A stretch of 64,000 nt of DNA from Aggregatilineales bacterium (GCA_965215855.1 CBDCER010000001.1:17531-81530); one strand, 5' to 3'. Shown: positions 45,782 through 55,581, numbered from the stretch's first letter. Translations and numbers: made by a program. The notes: generated by a model from the sequence alone, not told the origin.

Positions 45782-46723
45782 TTATGGCGTAGTGGTTTCA
45801 CTCTGGACAAATTCTTCCCAGAGGACGTTGAGCGTCTGGGCAGTCACCAGATTACGGAAGGTGTAGCCGCTTTGCAGGTTTTCGCCACTGAGATAACAGG
45901 TGCGGGTATCGTCGGGTGTGGTTAGGTGAATGGTTTCTACCAGATCGACCCCTTGATTGGGCAGAGATTCAAGCCCCAGCCACAAGTTCATGACCGGAAC
46001 CTGGTAGTCGGCGGCGATTTTTAGGATGATCTGGTTGAGGAGTAGGGATTTTTCTGGAAATTCGGGGCGGGTGGGGAAGGTACTCATGACCGGCACAACA
46101 TCGTTTTCAATCGTTGTCAGGATGATGGTGCGTAGATAGAAGTCGAAGAACTCGGCCTCGAAGAAGTAGACATCGTTTGTGCCAAACATGATGATGGCGA
46201 AGGCTGAGTTTGAGACGCGATATTCGCACGCCAGCGGACTTTCGTCGGCTTCACACCAGTCGGGATTGGCCCAGATGGGGTCTTGGACGCTGGCGGTGTT
46301 GAAGCCACTTTCTGCCGCTAGACTCGGCGTTGCAAAAGAATTTAGCTCCCAAGCATCTCCTTGCCGGGCGGGGATTTCGCCAAAGAAACTGATGACAGGT
46401 TGCAGGTCTTCGTAATCGCCCAGGTCATAGTCATCCAAGCCGAAAGCGGTCAGGAAATGGGCTGAGGCGGTCATACAATCTCCTACTTTAGAGAATACCT
46501 GCGGATTGCGCCCGGCTTCTTGGCCGCGTTCGTAGATCAGGTGGGCATGGTCGGTAATGTCGGGCAAGAGCGGATAGGCTTCGGGATCAATATTGTCAAC
46601 CTCGGAAGGATCGAAGTCGCCAAAAACGGGGGGACTAAGATCGGGTGGTGTGTTGTCCTGTGCGATAGCTCCGCCAATCCCCAGCAGGCTCAGTAAGCAT
46701 AGTAACAATAATGCGCGTTTCAA
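45782..46723 (-). CDS. secreted SGNH-like hydrolase paralog with Cys in place of the block-I Ser
   Basis: Signal peptide. KVGDCMTAS (versus GDS in the paralogs), IIMFGTNDVYF, ..VETIHLT. Confidence 0.6.
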   Translation of the reverse strand: MKRALLLLCLLSLLGIGGAIAQDNTPPDLSPPVFGDFDPSEVDNIDPEAYPLLPDITDHAHLIYERGQEAGRNPQVFSKVGDCMTASAHFLTAFGLDDYDLGDYEDLQPVISFFGEIPARQGDAWELNSFATPSLAAESGFNTASVQDPIWANPDWCEADESPLACEYRVSNSAFAIIMFGTNDVYFFEAEFFDFYLRTIILTTIENDVVPVMSTFPTRPEFPEKSLLLNQIILKIAADYQVPVMNLWLGLESLPNQGVDLVETIHLTTPDDTRTCYLSGENLQSGYTFRNLVTAQTLNVLWEEFVQSETTTP

Positions 46724-46831
46724 CGTATTCCTCCAACTTACGATACAAGATGCGATATATCAGGGTATAGCATATCTGTGCGCTGGTGACAATGATGCCA
46801 GAATTTCTGTGAATAGCAGGGTGATCGTATA

Positions 46832-46861
46832 TTGACGCCAGGTGTGGATGCTGGATAGCAT
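46832..46861 (+). promoter_or_regulatory. candidate promoter TTGACG-N17-ATAGCAT
   Basis: Same hexamer, spacing and ATAGCAT element recur upstream of the paralog at 48592-48621. Confidence 0.35.
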
Positions 46862-46910
46862 AAGTGCAAGAAGGGAAAAAGAATCGCGGTTAATCAATTA
46901 GGACAGCCTT

Positions 46911-48230
46911 ATGAAGAGAATGCTAGTAAATCTCATTTTGATATGTGTGTTGGTGACGGTTGCCACGGGAACGCTTTTTGCTCAGGATGGCGGGAGTGCA
47001 ACGACAGGCGCAGAACTCAATGTGCGTAGTGGGCCTGGGTTGGGTAATCCTATTGTGGCAGTGTTGCCGCAGGAAACTGTCGTTGTGACAGATGGGCGCA
47101 ATGGAGCCGGAGACTGGATACTCATTCATACGCAGGATGGTAGTGTGGGCGGCTGGGTGGCGGCGGCATATTTGCGGGGGCTTAATGCTGCGGCGTTGCC
47201 AGTGGTGGCGGGAGATGTGCAGACTCCGCCGGAGACGGGTGATGTGCCATCGGGTGACACGGCCCGGACGCGCGTGGCTCTGAATGTGCGAACTGGCCCT
47301 GGACTAGGATATGAACGTATTACGACGCTCACATTTAATGCCACGGTGATTATTGATCAGCAATCGGGTGTATGGTCGCATATCCATACGCCGGATGGTG
47401 TGATTACCGGTTGGGTGGCAACCGAATATTTGGTGATTGGGACACCTGAAACCGTTGGTGGGCCGGGGACTGGTGTGAGCCTGAGCGGTGGTGTGCTTGC
47501 TAATTCGCGTGCTATTTATGCACACGGGCAGAGTTTGGGTAACCATGCCAACGCGATTATCAGAATAGGTGATAGTAACTCGGTGGGGATGGCTTTCCTC
47601 TGTCCTTTCCAGTATGGCAATTATGATCTGGCCGGACACACTTATTTGCTGGATACCATTGCGTTTTTTAGCCAGTCGGGATCATTGTGTGTCAATGATG
47701 TGACCACGCGCAACGGGTTTTCATCGTTTAGTATGCTGGATCCGTTATCGGCAGATCCGGGGTTGTGTGCGGCGGGTGAAACGCCTTTGGATTGTGCGTT
47801 ACGGCGCAGGCGCCCCAGCGTGGCGATCATCTATTTGGGGCTGAATGATATGTCTTCACTGACTCGGACTGAGTTCAGTAGTTTTTTGAGCCAGGTAGTA
47901 TCGCAATTGTCCAATCACGGAACCATTCCGGTGTTGAATACATTCCCAATTTCTAATGAATTGGCAGCGGCAGGTTTGTATGATCCGGGATTCAATTCGA
48001 TTATTCGACAGGTTGCTGCTCAGTATCAAGTTCCGTTGCTCGATTTGCAGCAAATGGCTGCTAATTTCCCTAATCAGGGAACGGGACCGGATGGCTATCA
48101 TCTGTCGTTTGAACAGTATGACTTCATTTCATTAGCTGATCCTGCTGTGACAACCTATGGTCGTAATTTGCGGGAGCTGAGGACGCTGCAAATGTTGGAT
48201 GCAATTTTGCACAATGTTGTCAATGGCTAA
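46911..48230 (+). CDS. secreted 2xSH3b + SGNH/GDSL hydrolase-fold protein
   Basis: Signal peptide. Two LNVR(S/T)GPGLG...GW(V)...YL SH3b modules. IRIGDSNS (block I), YLGLNDM (block III), PDGYHLS (block V). Confidence 0.75.
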   Translation: MKRMLVNLILICVLVTVATGTLFAQDGGSATTGAELNVRSGPGLGNPIVAVLPQETVVVTDGRNGAGDWILIHTQDGSVGGWVAAAYLRGLNAAALPVVAGDVQTPPETGDVPSGDTARTRVALNVRTGPGLGYERITTLTFNATVIIDQQSGVWSHIHTPDGVITGWVATEYLVIGTPETVGGPGTGVSLSGGVLANSRAIYAHGQSLGNHANAIIRIGDSNSVGMAFLCPFQYGNYDLAGHTYLLDTIAFFSQSGSLCVNDVTTRNGFSSFSMLDPLSADPGLCAAGETPLDCALRRRRPSVAIIYLGLNDMSSLTRTEFSSFLSQVVSQLSNHGTIPVLNTFPISNELAAAGLYDPGFNSIIRQVAAQYQVPLLDLQQMAANFPNQGTGPDGYHLSFEQYDFISLADPAVTTYGRNLRELRTLQMLDAILHNVVNG

Positions 48231-48272
48231 TGTCGATCCCAAACATGACTCTGTTACGAATTGACGTGGTAA

Positions 48273-48368
48273 GGTGATTGTGGGGTAGGGTGGAGAGTGT
48301 GTGAGAATAAGAGACGGGGGCGCGGTCGCACCCTCCTACACCCGTTTCGCCCGTCGCCATGCGAGTTC
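48273..48368 (+). repeat. family 2 repeat, long form
   Basis: GGTGATTGTGGGGTAGGGTGGAGAGTGTGTGAG..GAGACGGGGGCGCGGTCGCACCCTCCTACACCCGTTTCGCC. Confidence 0.6.
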
Positions 48369-48591
48369 CGCATAGGAGTGTGGTACACAGCGAGCGCGGT
48401 GTACACTCAAAAGCTCATGCTTCAAACGGCTTCTCAAGGTTCGCCAACAGACAAACATGGGGAGGGTCTTCGTAGAGCGCGATTCAGGTACTCCCCTATA
48501 TTTTGGCGGAATTAAAGGAGGTTGCTTTTTGTGCTGAGATCAAGAACGCCAGACTAGAACACAGAGGTTCTGCATGGAAGGGGGATTGTGC

Positions 48592-48621
48592 TTGACGTCG
48601 TAGGTAGCCACCAGATAGCAT
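48592..48621 (+). promoter_or_regulatory. candidate promoter TTGACG-N17-ATAGCAT
   Basis: See 46832-46861. Confidence 0.35.
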
Positions 48622-48676
48622 ATTGTTAAAGTGGGAGTATGAAAATTTACAAAGGTTCTCATTTAGGATGGGTACT

Positions 48677-49999
48677 ATGAAGCGAATTGTGCTGAACATG
48701 GTTTTGGTAGGCGTGTTGATGGCAGTTGCCACCGGCCCGTTGGTTCTTGCTCAGGATGGAGGCACAGTGCGGACTGGGGCCGAATTGAATGTGCGTTCTG
48801 GCCCAGGGCTAGAGTTTCCATTGGTGGGCGTATTACCCCAGGAAACGGTTGTTGTTCCGGATGGGCGCAATGGGGCGGGCAACTGGATTCTCATACATAC
48901 GCCAGATGGTAGCGTAGAAGGATGGGTGGCGGCTGGCTATTTGCGGGGGCTGAATGTGACGGCGCTGACCATTGTGACTGGCGAGGTTCCCGTGCCCCCA
49001 GCGGCGGGTGGTGTGCCTGAAGGTGATACGGCCAGAACCCGCGTAGCTTTGAATGTGAGGACGGGTCCCGGACTGGGATATGAGCGAATAACGACGCTCT
49101 CCTATAACACAACTGTGATTGTCGATCAGCAGTCGGGGGCGTGGTCGCATATTCGCACGCCGAACGGCACGATTACGGGTTGGGTGGCGACGGAGTATCT
49201 TGTTTTTGGGACACCAGCACCAATTATTCCAGGGGGTACACCAGCTTCCACCAGTTTAACGGGCGGTGTTCTTGGCAAAGCCCGCACAACTTATGCTCGT
49301 GGGCAGAATCGTGGCAACCGCGCCAATGCATTTATCCGGGTGGGTGATAGCAATTCAGCGGGGACGGCTTTCCTGTGTCCCTTCAATTATGGGAACTATG
49401 ACCTGGCGGGGCATGTCTATTTGCAGGATACCATTAACTTTTTCAATCAGACGGGTTCATTTTGTGCCAATGATGCGACAGCTCGCAATGGATTTTCGAC
49501 GTTTAGCATCCTCGATCCATTATCAGCAGATCAGGGGATATGCACACTTGGCGAAACACCGTTGGAGTGTGCGGTGCGGACGCGGCAACCTAGTGTGGCG
49601 ATCATCTATCTGGGCCTGTCTGACATGGCAACACTGACTCGTGGTGAGTTCAGGACTAACATGAACCAAATTGTGACGCAATTTGTCAACCTGGGCGTGA
49701 TTCCGGTGTTGAACACATTCCCCATTTCTGACCAATTGGCGTTTTTGTATGATCCTGAATTTAACGCAATCATTCGACAGATTGCTGTGCAACAGCAGGT
49801 TCCGTTGCTGGATTTGCAGCAAATGACGCTCAATTATCCCAATCAAGGAACGGGGCCAGACGGGTATCACTTGTCGTATGAACAATATGATTTCATGTCG
49901 TTTGCGGAACCGGCAGTGGAGACCTATGGTCGCAATCTGCGCGAGTTGGTGACGCTGCAAATGTTGGATGAGATTATGCACAATGTGATGGGGGGCTAG
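48677..49999 (+). CDS. secreted 2xSH3b + SGNH hydrolase-fold protein, close tandem paralog
   Basis: Collinear with 46911-48230, with most residues identical by eye. Start moved to MKRIVLN (ATG 48677) by analogy with MKRMLVN. Confidence 0.75.
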   Translation: MKRIVLNMVLVGVLMAVATGPLVLAQDGGTVRTGAELNVRSGPGLEFPLVGVLPQETVVVPDGRNGAGNWILIHTPDGSVEGWVAAGYLRGLNVTALTIVTGEVPVPPAAGGVPEGDTARTRVALNVRTGPGLGYERITTLSYNTTVIVDQQSGAWSHIRTPNGTITGWVATEYLVFGTPAPIIPGGTPASTSLTGGVLGKARTTYARGQNRGNRANAFIRVGDSNSAGTAFLCPFNYGNYDLAGHVYLQDTINFFNQTGSFCANDATARNGFSTFSILDPLSADQGICTLGETPLECAVRTRQPSVAIIYLGLSDMATLTRGEFRTNMNQIVTQFVNLGVIPVLNTFPISDQLAFLYDPEFNAIIRQIAVQQQVPLLDLQQMTLNYPNQGTGPDGYHLSYEQYDFMSFAEPAVETYGRNLRELVTLQMLDEIMHNVMGG

Positions 50000-51354
50000 T
50001 GATTTTGCGGTTGACATGGCGCTGGATGGGGGGGGTGATTCTGGTTGGGTTGATAGCCAGCGGGTGTGTTGAGGAGGCGACGCCTATGCCGCCACGCACC
50101 GATACGCCGCTATTGCCACCGATGGTGGTGCAGGTGAGCTATACACCGTCGGCTACGGCTTCACCCAGCCGGACGCCCCGCCCCAGTGTCACCCCTAGCC
50201 CGACTTTTGCCCTTGAAGTTTTGGCGTTGACGGTCACAGCTACGCCATTGCCCACCGCTTCCCCTACGGTGGTGGCCGAAGCAGTGGAGACGGATCCGGA
50301 AGAAGACACGGTCGATGGACAGGTGCTAGAAGAGCGAGGGGGATTGCGCCTGCGTCGTTTGCCGACGACCGATAGTACCGTTTTGCTGAATCTGCCAGCG
50401 GGCACCGACCTGAATATCATGGGGCGTTCCGCTGACAACAATTGGGTGCTGGTCGAAATCCCAGAAGGTTTTACGGGGTGGGTATGGACTGATTATGTGG
50501 ATTTGTATGTTGCGTTGGATGGGATTCCAGCGATTGCCAACCCTGAACCTGAGCCGTATTTTGAGGTTTCGCCGCCGCCTGATGCACAGAATCCTGGGGC
50601 GGGGGGCCTTGTGGTGACGGGCGGGGCACGCGAGATTTATCTGCAGGGGCAGCAGCTTGGCAATCGGCGGAATGTATTCACCAAAGTGGGCGACAGCATC
50701 AGCGCCTCGCCTTATTCGCTGAAGCAGTTTGTGTGGGGCTATGATCTTGGTGATTTTGGCTATTTGTTACCGGCTTTGCAATTCTTCTCTGCGGAAAATC
50801 TGGGGGATGGCAATTCGTTTAATCACAGTTCAATGGCGGCGGTTAATTCATGGATCACCTTCTATGTGCTGGATCCCACCTATGCACCGGCTGACCGATG
50901 TCAACCGGGTGAAACGCCGCTGGCATGTGAATATCGAGTTATCCGGCCAGCCGTTTCGTTGATAATGATTGGGACGAACGATTCACCAGCATTTCCGGCG
51001 TCAACGTATCGGGAGAATATGCGCCAGATAATTGAGATTTCGATAGAGCATGGGGTTATTCCAGTCCTCAGCACGCTGCCGTCGCGGATCGACTTCGACC
51101 ACAAAATCGCGGAATATAACCAGGTGTTGGTCAGTCTCTCGCAGAGTTATGATGTCCCATTGTGGGATTATGCGGCGGTGATGAATCCGCTGCCGAATCG
51201 GGGTATGGGGCTGGATGGTATTCATCCTTCGATCCCACCCAGCCCCGCTGATGTTACGACCTTTCGTGGCGACCCCTTAAATTACGGCTATACGGTTCGC
51301 AATCTGACGGCTCTGCAAATGCTGGATATACTTTGGCGCCAGGTAATGTATTAA
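49999..51354 (+). CDS. secreted/lipoprotein SH3b + SGNH hydrolase-fold protein, diverged paralog
   Basis: P/T/S-rich linker and one SH3b module. KVGDSISAS, MIGTNDS, LDGIHPS. GTG start overlaps the upstream TAG. Confidence 0.7.
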   Translation: MILRLTWRWMGGVILVGLIASGCVEEATPMPPRTDTPLLPPMVVQVSYTPSATASPSRTPRPSVTPSPTFALEVLALTVTATPLPTASPTVVAEAVETDPEEDTVDGQVLEERGGLRLRRLPTTDSTVLLNLPAGTDLNIMGRSADNNWVLVEIPEGFTGWVWTDYVDLYVALDGIPAIANPEPEPYFEVSPPPDAQNPGAGGLVVTGGAREIYLQGQQLGNRRNVFTKVGDSISASPYSLKQFVWGYDLGDFGYLLPALQFFSAENLGDGNSFNHSSMAAVNSWITFYVLDPTYAPADRCQPGETPLACEYRVIRPAVSLIMIGTNDSPAFPASTYRENMRQIIEISIEHGVIPVLSTLPSRIDFDHKIAEYNQVLVSLSQSYDVPLWDYAAVMNPLPNRGMGLDGIHPSIPPSPADVTTFRGDPLNYGYTVRNLTALQMLDILWRQVMY

Positions 51355-52937
51355 CGCAAGAAACTGGCCGTATAGTAAAACGTGTGTGTACATTGCGGGT
51401 CGCTGTCAAATACCTGTTGCCATGTCATGGTCCAGGTGGTCGAACTAGTGAACGTCAGGGTCAAGTTCAGGTTGGCGTTGCCCAAGCGATTGCGTCCGTT
51501 GTATACATAAGTATCGCCGCCGACTGACCACATGTTATAGGGTGTTGGCTCCTGGCCGCGCCAAGAAATGGTGTTGCCGCTGGGTGTGATGGCTGCCAGA
51601 TGCTCGCAAAGCACGACGGGCGGGGTGTTGCACGTGCCGCTCATGTTGTCGGCGCTGGGGACGGCTTGCCAGATGGATGTGCCGGGAGGAACAAGTGCTG
51701 ATGCTGTTCCGCTACCGCCGCCACCACTGCCGCCTGATCCGCCACTGGTACTGGCGGTCGGGATATTGGATGACACTTCGGCGACCAACTCGCACGCTCC
51801 GGCGGTCTGAATGCTGTCTTGCAGAACCCAAGCGCGATTGCCATCGACACTAACACGCCACCAGACATCCTCGTTTTCATCGTTGACCCAACCAGTGACT
51901 CGATAATGTGAGTCGGCGTGCGCCTCGGCTACCAACTCTGAATCAATATCTGCCATCCGGTAAGCATTGACAACTGTATCGTCCAAGATGCCCGCCACAC
52001 AGCTGAGGGTGTCGTCTGCAATGAGGCCATAGGGCAATCCCACTACCTCGGCAAACGCATAGCTCTCTTGCGTTGTCGTGGGTTCGGTATCGACGGCGGC
52101 CTGTACAACGGCTCCAGCTTCAGCGGATATGGTGTTGATGCTGGTTGTCCCTTCCAGGACAGTAATTTGCAAGGTGTCATCGTTGTCGGCTTTGAGGAGT
52201 AGGGTTGTGGTTTGGAAAGCCAGATCAATGCCGTTAACTTGCAAATGAGCGGCGTTGTCTCCGGTATATTGCACCAATAGACCGACTGTGCCAGCGCCAC
52301 AAGTGGTTTGCTCGGAATCGGTGGTCAAATTGAGGACTTGCATGGGTTCAGTATATAGATCGTCTAGAACAACCAGATCATCGAGTTCGCCGTCGGCAAA
52401 TTCCAATAGGGGGGCGTAAATCCAGGCCATGGACTCCTCGGTGCGAATATGCACCCAATCGCCTGCTGCGTTTTTGCCGTCGATGGTTCCAGTGCCTCCA
52501 ATGCGGAAGCTGCCGACCACACTGAAGTCGATGCCGGGGCCGCCGCGTAGGTTGATGTTGACGCTGGCGGTGTTGCTAGCTTCGATGGTAGGACGGTCGC
52601 CGCTGATTTGGTTGGTGACTGTGGTGTCGCCGAATAGGGCTATTTGTATGGGCTGGTCGGTGTCGCTAGTGGAGATTTGCAGAACAACGGCATCCCAGGA
52701 CTCTATTTCAGGGTCGAGTGCTTGCGTTTCCAGGGTATCGAGTGTGGCGAGGTCTACGATCTCATCTTGAACGCAAGCCTGGCCGGGAGCAAGTCCCATA
52801 CATGCGGATTGCACGGATGTCATCAACTCAGCCAGCTTGTCGGTGCAGTCGGCAGTGGTTTGGGCAACTGCCGCTGAACGCGAGAAGACTAATCCTAATA
52901 GAATGGCGATGGGTATCCAATGAAGTAGTTTTCGCAT
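51351..52937 (-). CDS. secreted SH3b-domain protein, otherwise unknown
   Basis: Signal peptide MRKLLHWIPIAILLGLVFSRSAAVA (AAGGAAG RBS). INLRGGPGIDF..GDWVHI SH3b module. GGSGGSGGGGSG linker. Confidence 0.6.
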   Translation of the reverse strand: MRKLLHWIPIAILLGLVFSRSAAVAQTTADCTDKLAELMTSVQSACMGLAPGQACVQDEIVDLATLDTLETQALDPEIESWDAVVLQISTSDTDQPIQIALFGDTTVTNQISGDRPTIEASNTASVNINLRGGPGIDFSVVGSFRIGGTGTIDGKNAAGDWVHIRTEESMAWIYAPLLEFADGELDDLVVLDDLYTEPMQVLNLTTDSEQTTCGAGTVGLLVQYTGDNAAHLQVNGIDLAFQTTTLLLKADNDDTLQITVLEGTTSINTISAEAGAVVQAAVDTEPTTTQESYAFAEVVGLPYGLIADDTLSCVAGILDDTVVNAYRMADIDSELVAEAHADSHYRVTGWVNDENEDVWWRVSVDGNRAWVLQDSIQTAGACELVAEVSSNIPTASTSGGSGGSGGGGSGTASALVPPGTSIWQAVPSADNMSGTCNTPPVVLCEHLAAITPSGNTISWRGQEPTPYNMWSVGGDTYVYNGRNRLGNANLNLTLTFTSSTTWTMTWQQVFDSDPQCTHTFYYTASFLR

Positions 52938-53032
52938 AAAACGCTTCCTTTGATAAACACTACGATGCAAGTCGATTGTTGCCTTCTATTGTGATGATCA
53001 TTATAGCACTAAGCCAGGGCAGCTGGAGGGAT

Positions 53033-54145
53033 TTAGGGAGCGGTGGCGGCCAGGATCAGAGGGGCGATCAGCTCGCTCAATTGTTGGTTACCTGCGGGGG
53101 TTAAATGGACGGGGCTATCGGTGAATTCGTCAGGAGCAATGGTGTCCCATAAATCGTGGAAGGGCCAGCTGTTTTCTGCGGTGATTTGGGCGAGCAATTG
53201 GCGATAATCGTCGTAGACCCAGCGTGGGTAGAAGTAATTATAGCGGAGGTCGCTGTTTTCGCCGTCGCTGATGAACATGGGTTCGTTGATGAGCAACATG
53301 GGAACATTACCGCGCCGCGCAAAGCCCGCCGCCAATACATCGAAGGCCAGCAATGTTTCATCAACTCGTTGCGGATCACGCCCTTTCCATTGGATGTTTT
53401 CATCGAAATCGGACTGCCGGAGTTGGTAGGTGTCGGGATAGTATTGGTCGATGCCAGTTGTCATCCACATGACGCCATAGGTCTGCAATCGGAGCAAGTC
53501 GGCCAGGGCACGGCGTTGGCCGATTAGGGTTGTTTGTGGGAATTCGTATTCGATGAAGCGTGAATGGGTGGCGGGCAGGTCTAGGTCAAAACGCGTGATT
53601 AGGTCGCGGACGGTTGTGGGGTTGTTGTAGACCAGCGGCGACTCGATTTGTTCATGGCGCGGAAAAGACTCCAGAGTGCATAGCCAGATTATCAGGTCAA
53701 CATCATAGTGCATAGCTTGATCGAGCAAGAGCAGGTCTTTGGTCAATGACATGGTGGGATAGCCCAGATTGTAGACACGAATCTGGTGACTATCAGGGGT
53801 GGACAAGTCGGCGGCGTTGAGGTGACCAGCCAGGGTATCTTGTGGCTCTAGCAGGAAGCCCCATACACTGGAGTCGCCGAGGAGAACCACGCGATATTCG
53901 TCGTCAGCTTTGGGGTGACTGATTTGGTGTGAGGCGAACATCGCGTTGAGATTGTTGAGGCTCAAGTTATAGGAGAGCGCCGCGTTTTCGCTATAGGGCA
54001 GTCTTTCACGGCCTGGGAGGAGCCTGTTGTACACTGAGAGACGCCCCAATAAGGGGAGGGGATTTGTCAGTGCGAACAGCAGATTGCACGCGACCAACAG
54101 CATACCAGCTTTGACCAACACCCGCAGCAAAAAGCCTCGACTCAT
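53033..54145 (-). CDS. SGNH-like partner of the MBOAT (AlgJ/AlgX/DltD-like role inferred)
   Basis: N-terminal TM segment and VVLLGDSSVWG block I. ATGA start/stop overlap with the upstream MBOAT gene. Confidence 0.6.
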   Translation of the reverse strand: MSRGFLLRVLVKAGMLLVACNLLFALTNPLPLLGRLSVYNRLLPGRERLPYSENAALSYNLSLNNLNAMFASHQISHPKADDEYRVVLLGDSSVWGFLLEPQDTLAGHLNAADLSTPDSHQIRVYNLGYPTMSLTKDLLLLDQAMHYDVDLIIWLCTLESFPRHEQIESPLVYNNPTTVRDLITRFDLDLPATHSRFIEYEFPQTTLIGQRRALADLLRLQTYGVMWMTTGIDQYYPDTYQLRQSDFDENIQWKGRDPQRVDETLLAFDVLAAGFARRGNVPMLLINEPMFISDGENSDLRYNYFYPRWVYDDYRQLLAQITAENSWPFHDLWDTIAPDEFTDSPVHLTPAGNQQLSELIAPLILAATAP

Positions 54146-55581
54146 GCCCAAACTCCCCACAATTTCAAAAACACTTCACTGGCCGTCGTAGAGTCGGGCA
54201 AGCTGAACCAGACCCATCCTAACGCGACATATTGGAAGGTCAGGATATTGCCAACGACGGCCCATGCCTGTCGGCGGTGCGGGTGTTGTTGGAGGGCACG
54301 GTATTGTTGCCGGGTTCTATCGCTCCACAGTTTATGGATGAACAACCCGACGCCGTGCCACACGCCCCAAATGAAAAAATTAACTGTAATGCCATGCCAA
54401 AGACCGATGATGGTCATGGTGGTGAGGTGGGCGGCGAACAATATCAAGCTAGGGTTGGGACGCGGTTTCAGGCGCAAGAGCGAGCGCGATAGTGGAAAGA
54501 AGATATAGAAGCGTACCCAATTGCTCAAGGTCATGTGCCAGTTTTGCCAGAAAGCAGTGATGTTGCTTCGGAAATAAGGGCGGTTGAAATTTTCGGGCAG
54601 GCGCACGCCTAATAGAACGCCGATACCAATTGCAATATCGGTATAGCCGCTGAAGTCTAAAAAGAGACGCCATGCGTAGAGATAGACGTGCAACCACAAG
54701 CCAGTTGTGCTGGTAATTTGGGATGCATTGGTGGCGTTGAGGGCAATCAGAGCCAGGGTATCGGCCAGGACAAATTTCTTGAATACCCCAACGGCAATGC
54801 GTGTCAGGCCATCGCCCAGGCGTGGGGCGTGCCAGAGGCGCTGAGTCGATAGATCACGCAAATCGCCCAAGAAACGCTCGGCACGGTCAATGGGTCCGGC
54901 GGTGAGAGCCGGGAAGAATATGATATAGGTTAGATGTTCACGCAAGGAAAGGGTGGGTAGCTTCTGAGTTTGCCGATCGCGTAGCATGTGGAGCAGACGA
55001 AAGGCAACATAGGAGAAACCAAGCCATTGAATATCGGTGGCGTCAGCAAGATCGACAGATTGGCCGCTGAAACCGCGTAACCACTCGCTCAAGGCGATAC
55101 TCAGCGTTTCGGCCTTCAATGTGACAAAGATGCCAACGACAAGCAAGATCATCAATAGTGGCAAGCGCCCCCAGCGGCGTTTGATGATGGTTAACAGGCC
55201 CAAAATGAAAGTGATGACGGCCAGCGAGAGCAATACCCAGACAATATCTGGGGGACGCGATGGTGTGGGGCGCAAGCTGGGCACGAGGTAGCGGGTACTG
55301 GTAATTGCAAATACGGTCAGGAGAGTGAGACCGAGCGCCAGGCTATCTTCGCGTTGATACTGGTACTCGGTGGCCCGAACCATTAACCAGACCAACACAC
55401 TCAAGGCCAGGGTTGCGGTGGGGAGTGCAAAGTCGAGATAACGAATGCGCAACGCGGGTTGCAGCCAGTATAGGGCGACAATACTGATGAGCATTAGACC
55501 CCAACTGCGGAGTCGTCCAGGGAGCAGCAAACTATAAAACAGTGCCCCGGTGCTTGCAATCAGGATTTGGGTCAATGTCAT
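54142..55581 (-). CDS. MBOAT-family membrane O-acyltransferase (AlgI/DltB/PatA-like)
   Basis: Poly-TM protein. FWQNWHMTLSNW and IIGLWHGITVNFFIWGVWHG (conserved His). Start set at MTLTQILIAS. Confidence 0.8.
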   Translation of the reverse strand: MTLTQILIASTGALFYSLLLPGRLRSWGLMLISIVALYWLQPALRIRYLDFALPTATLALSVLVWLMVRATEYQYQREDSLALGLTLLTVFAITSTRYLVPSLRPTPSRPPDIVWVLLSLAVITFILGLLTIIKRRWGRLPLLMILLVVGIFVTLKAETLSIALSEWLRGFSGQSVDLADATDIQWLGFSYVAFRLLHMLRDRQTQKLPTLSLREHLTYIIFFPALTAGPIDRAERFLGDLRDLSTQRLWHAPRLGDGLTRIAVGVFKKFVLADTLALIALNATNASQITSTTGLWLHVYLYAWRLFLDFSGYTDIAIGIGVLLGVRLPENFNRPYFRSNITAFWQNWHMTLSNWVRFYIFFPLSRSLLRLKPRPNPSLILFAAHLTTMTIIGLWHGITVNFFIWGVWHGVGLFIHKLWSDRTRQQYRALQQHPHRRQAWAVVGNILTFQYVALGWVWFSLPDSTTASEVFLKLWGVWA

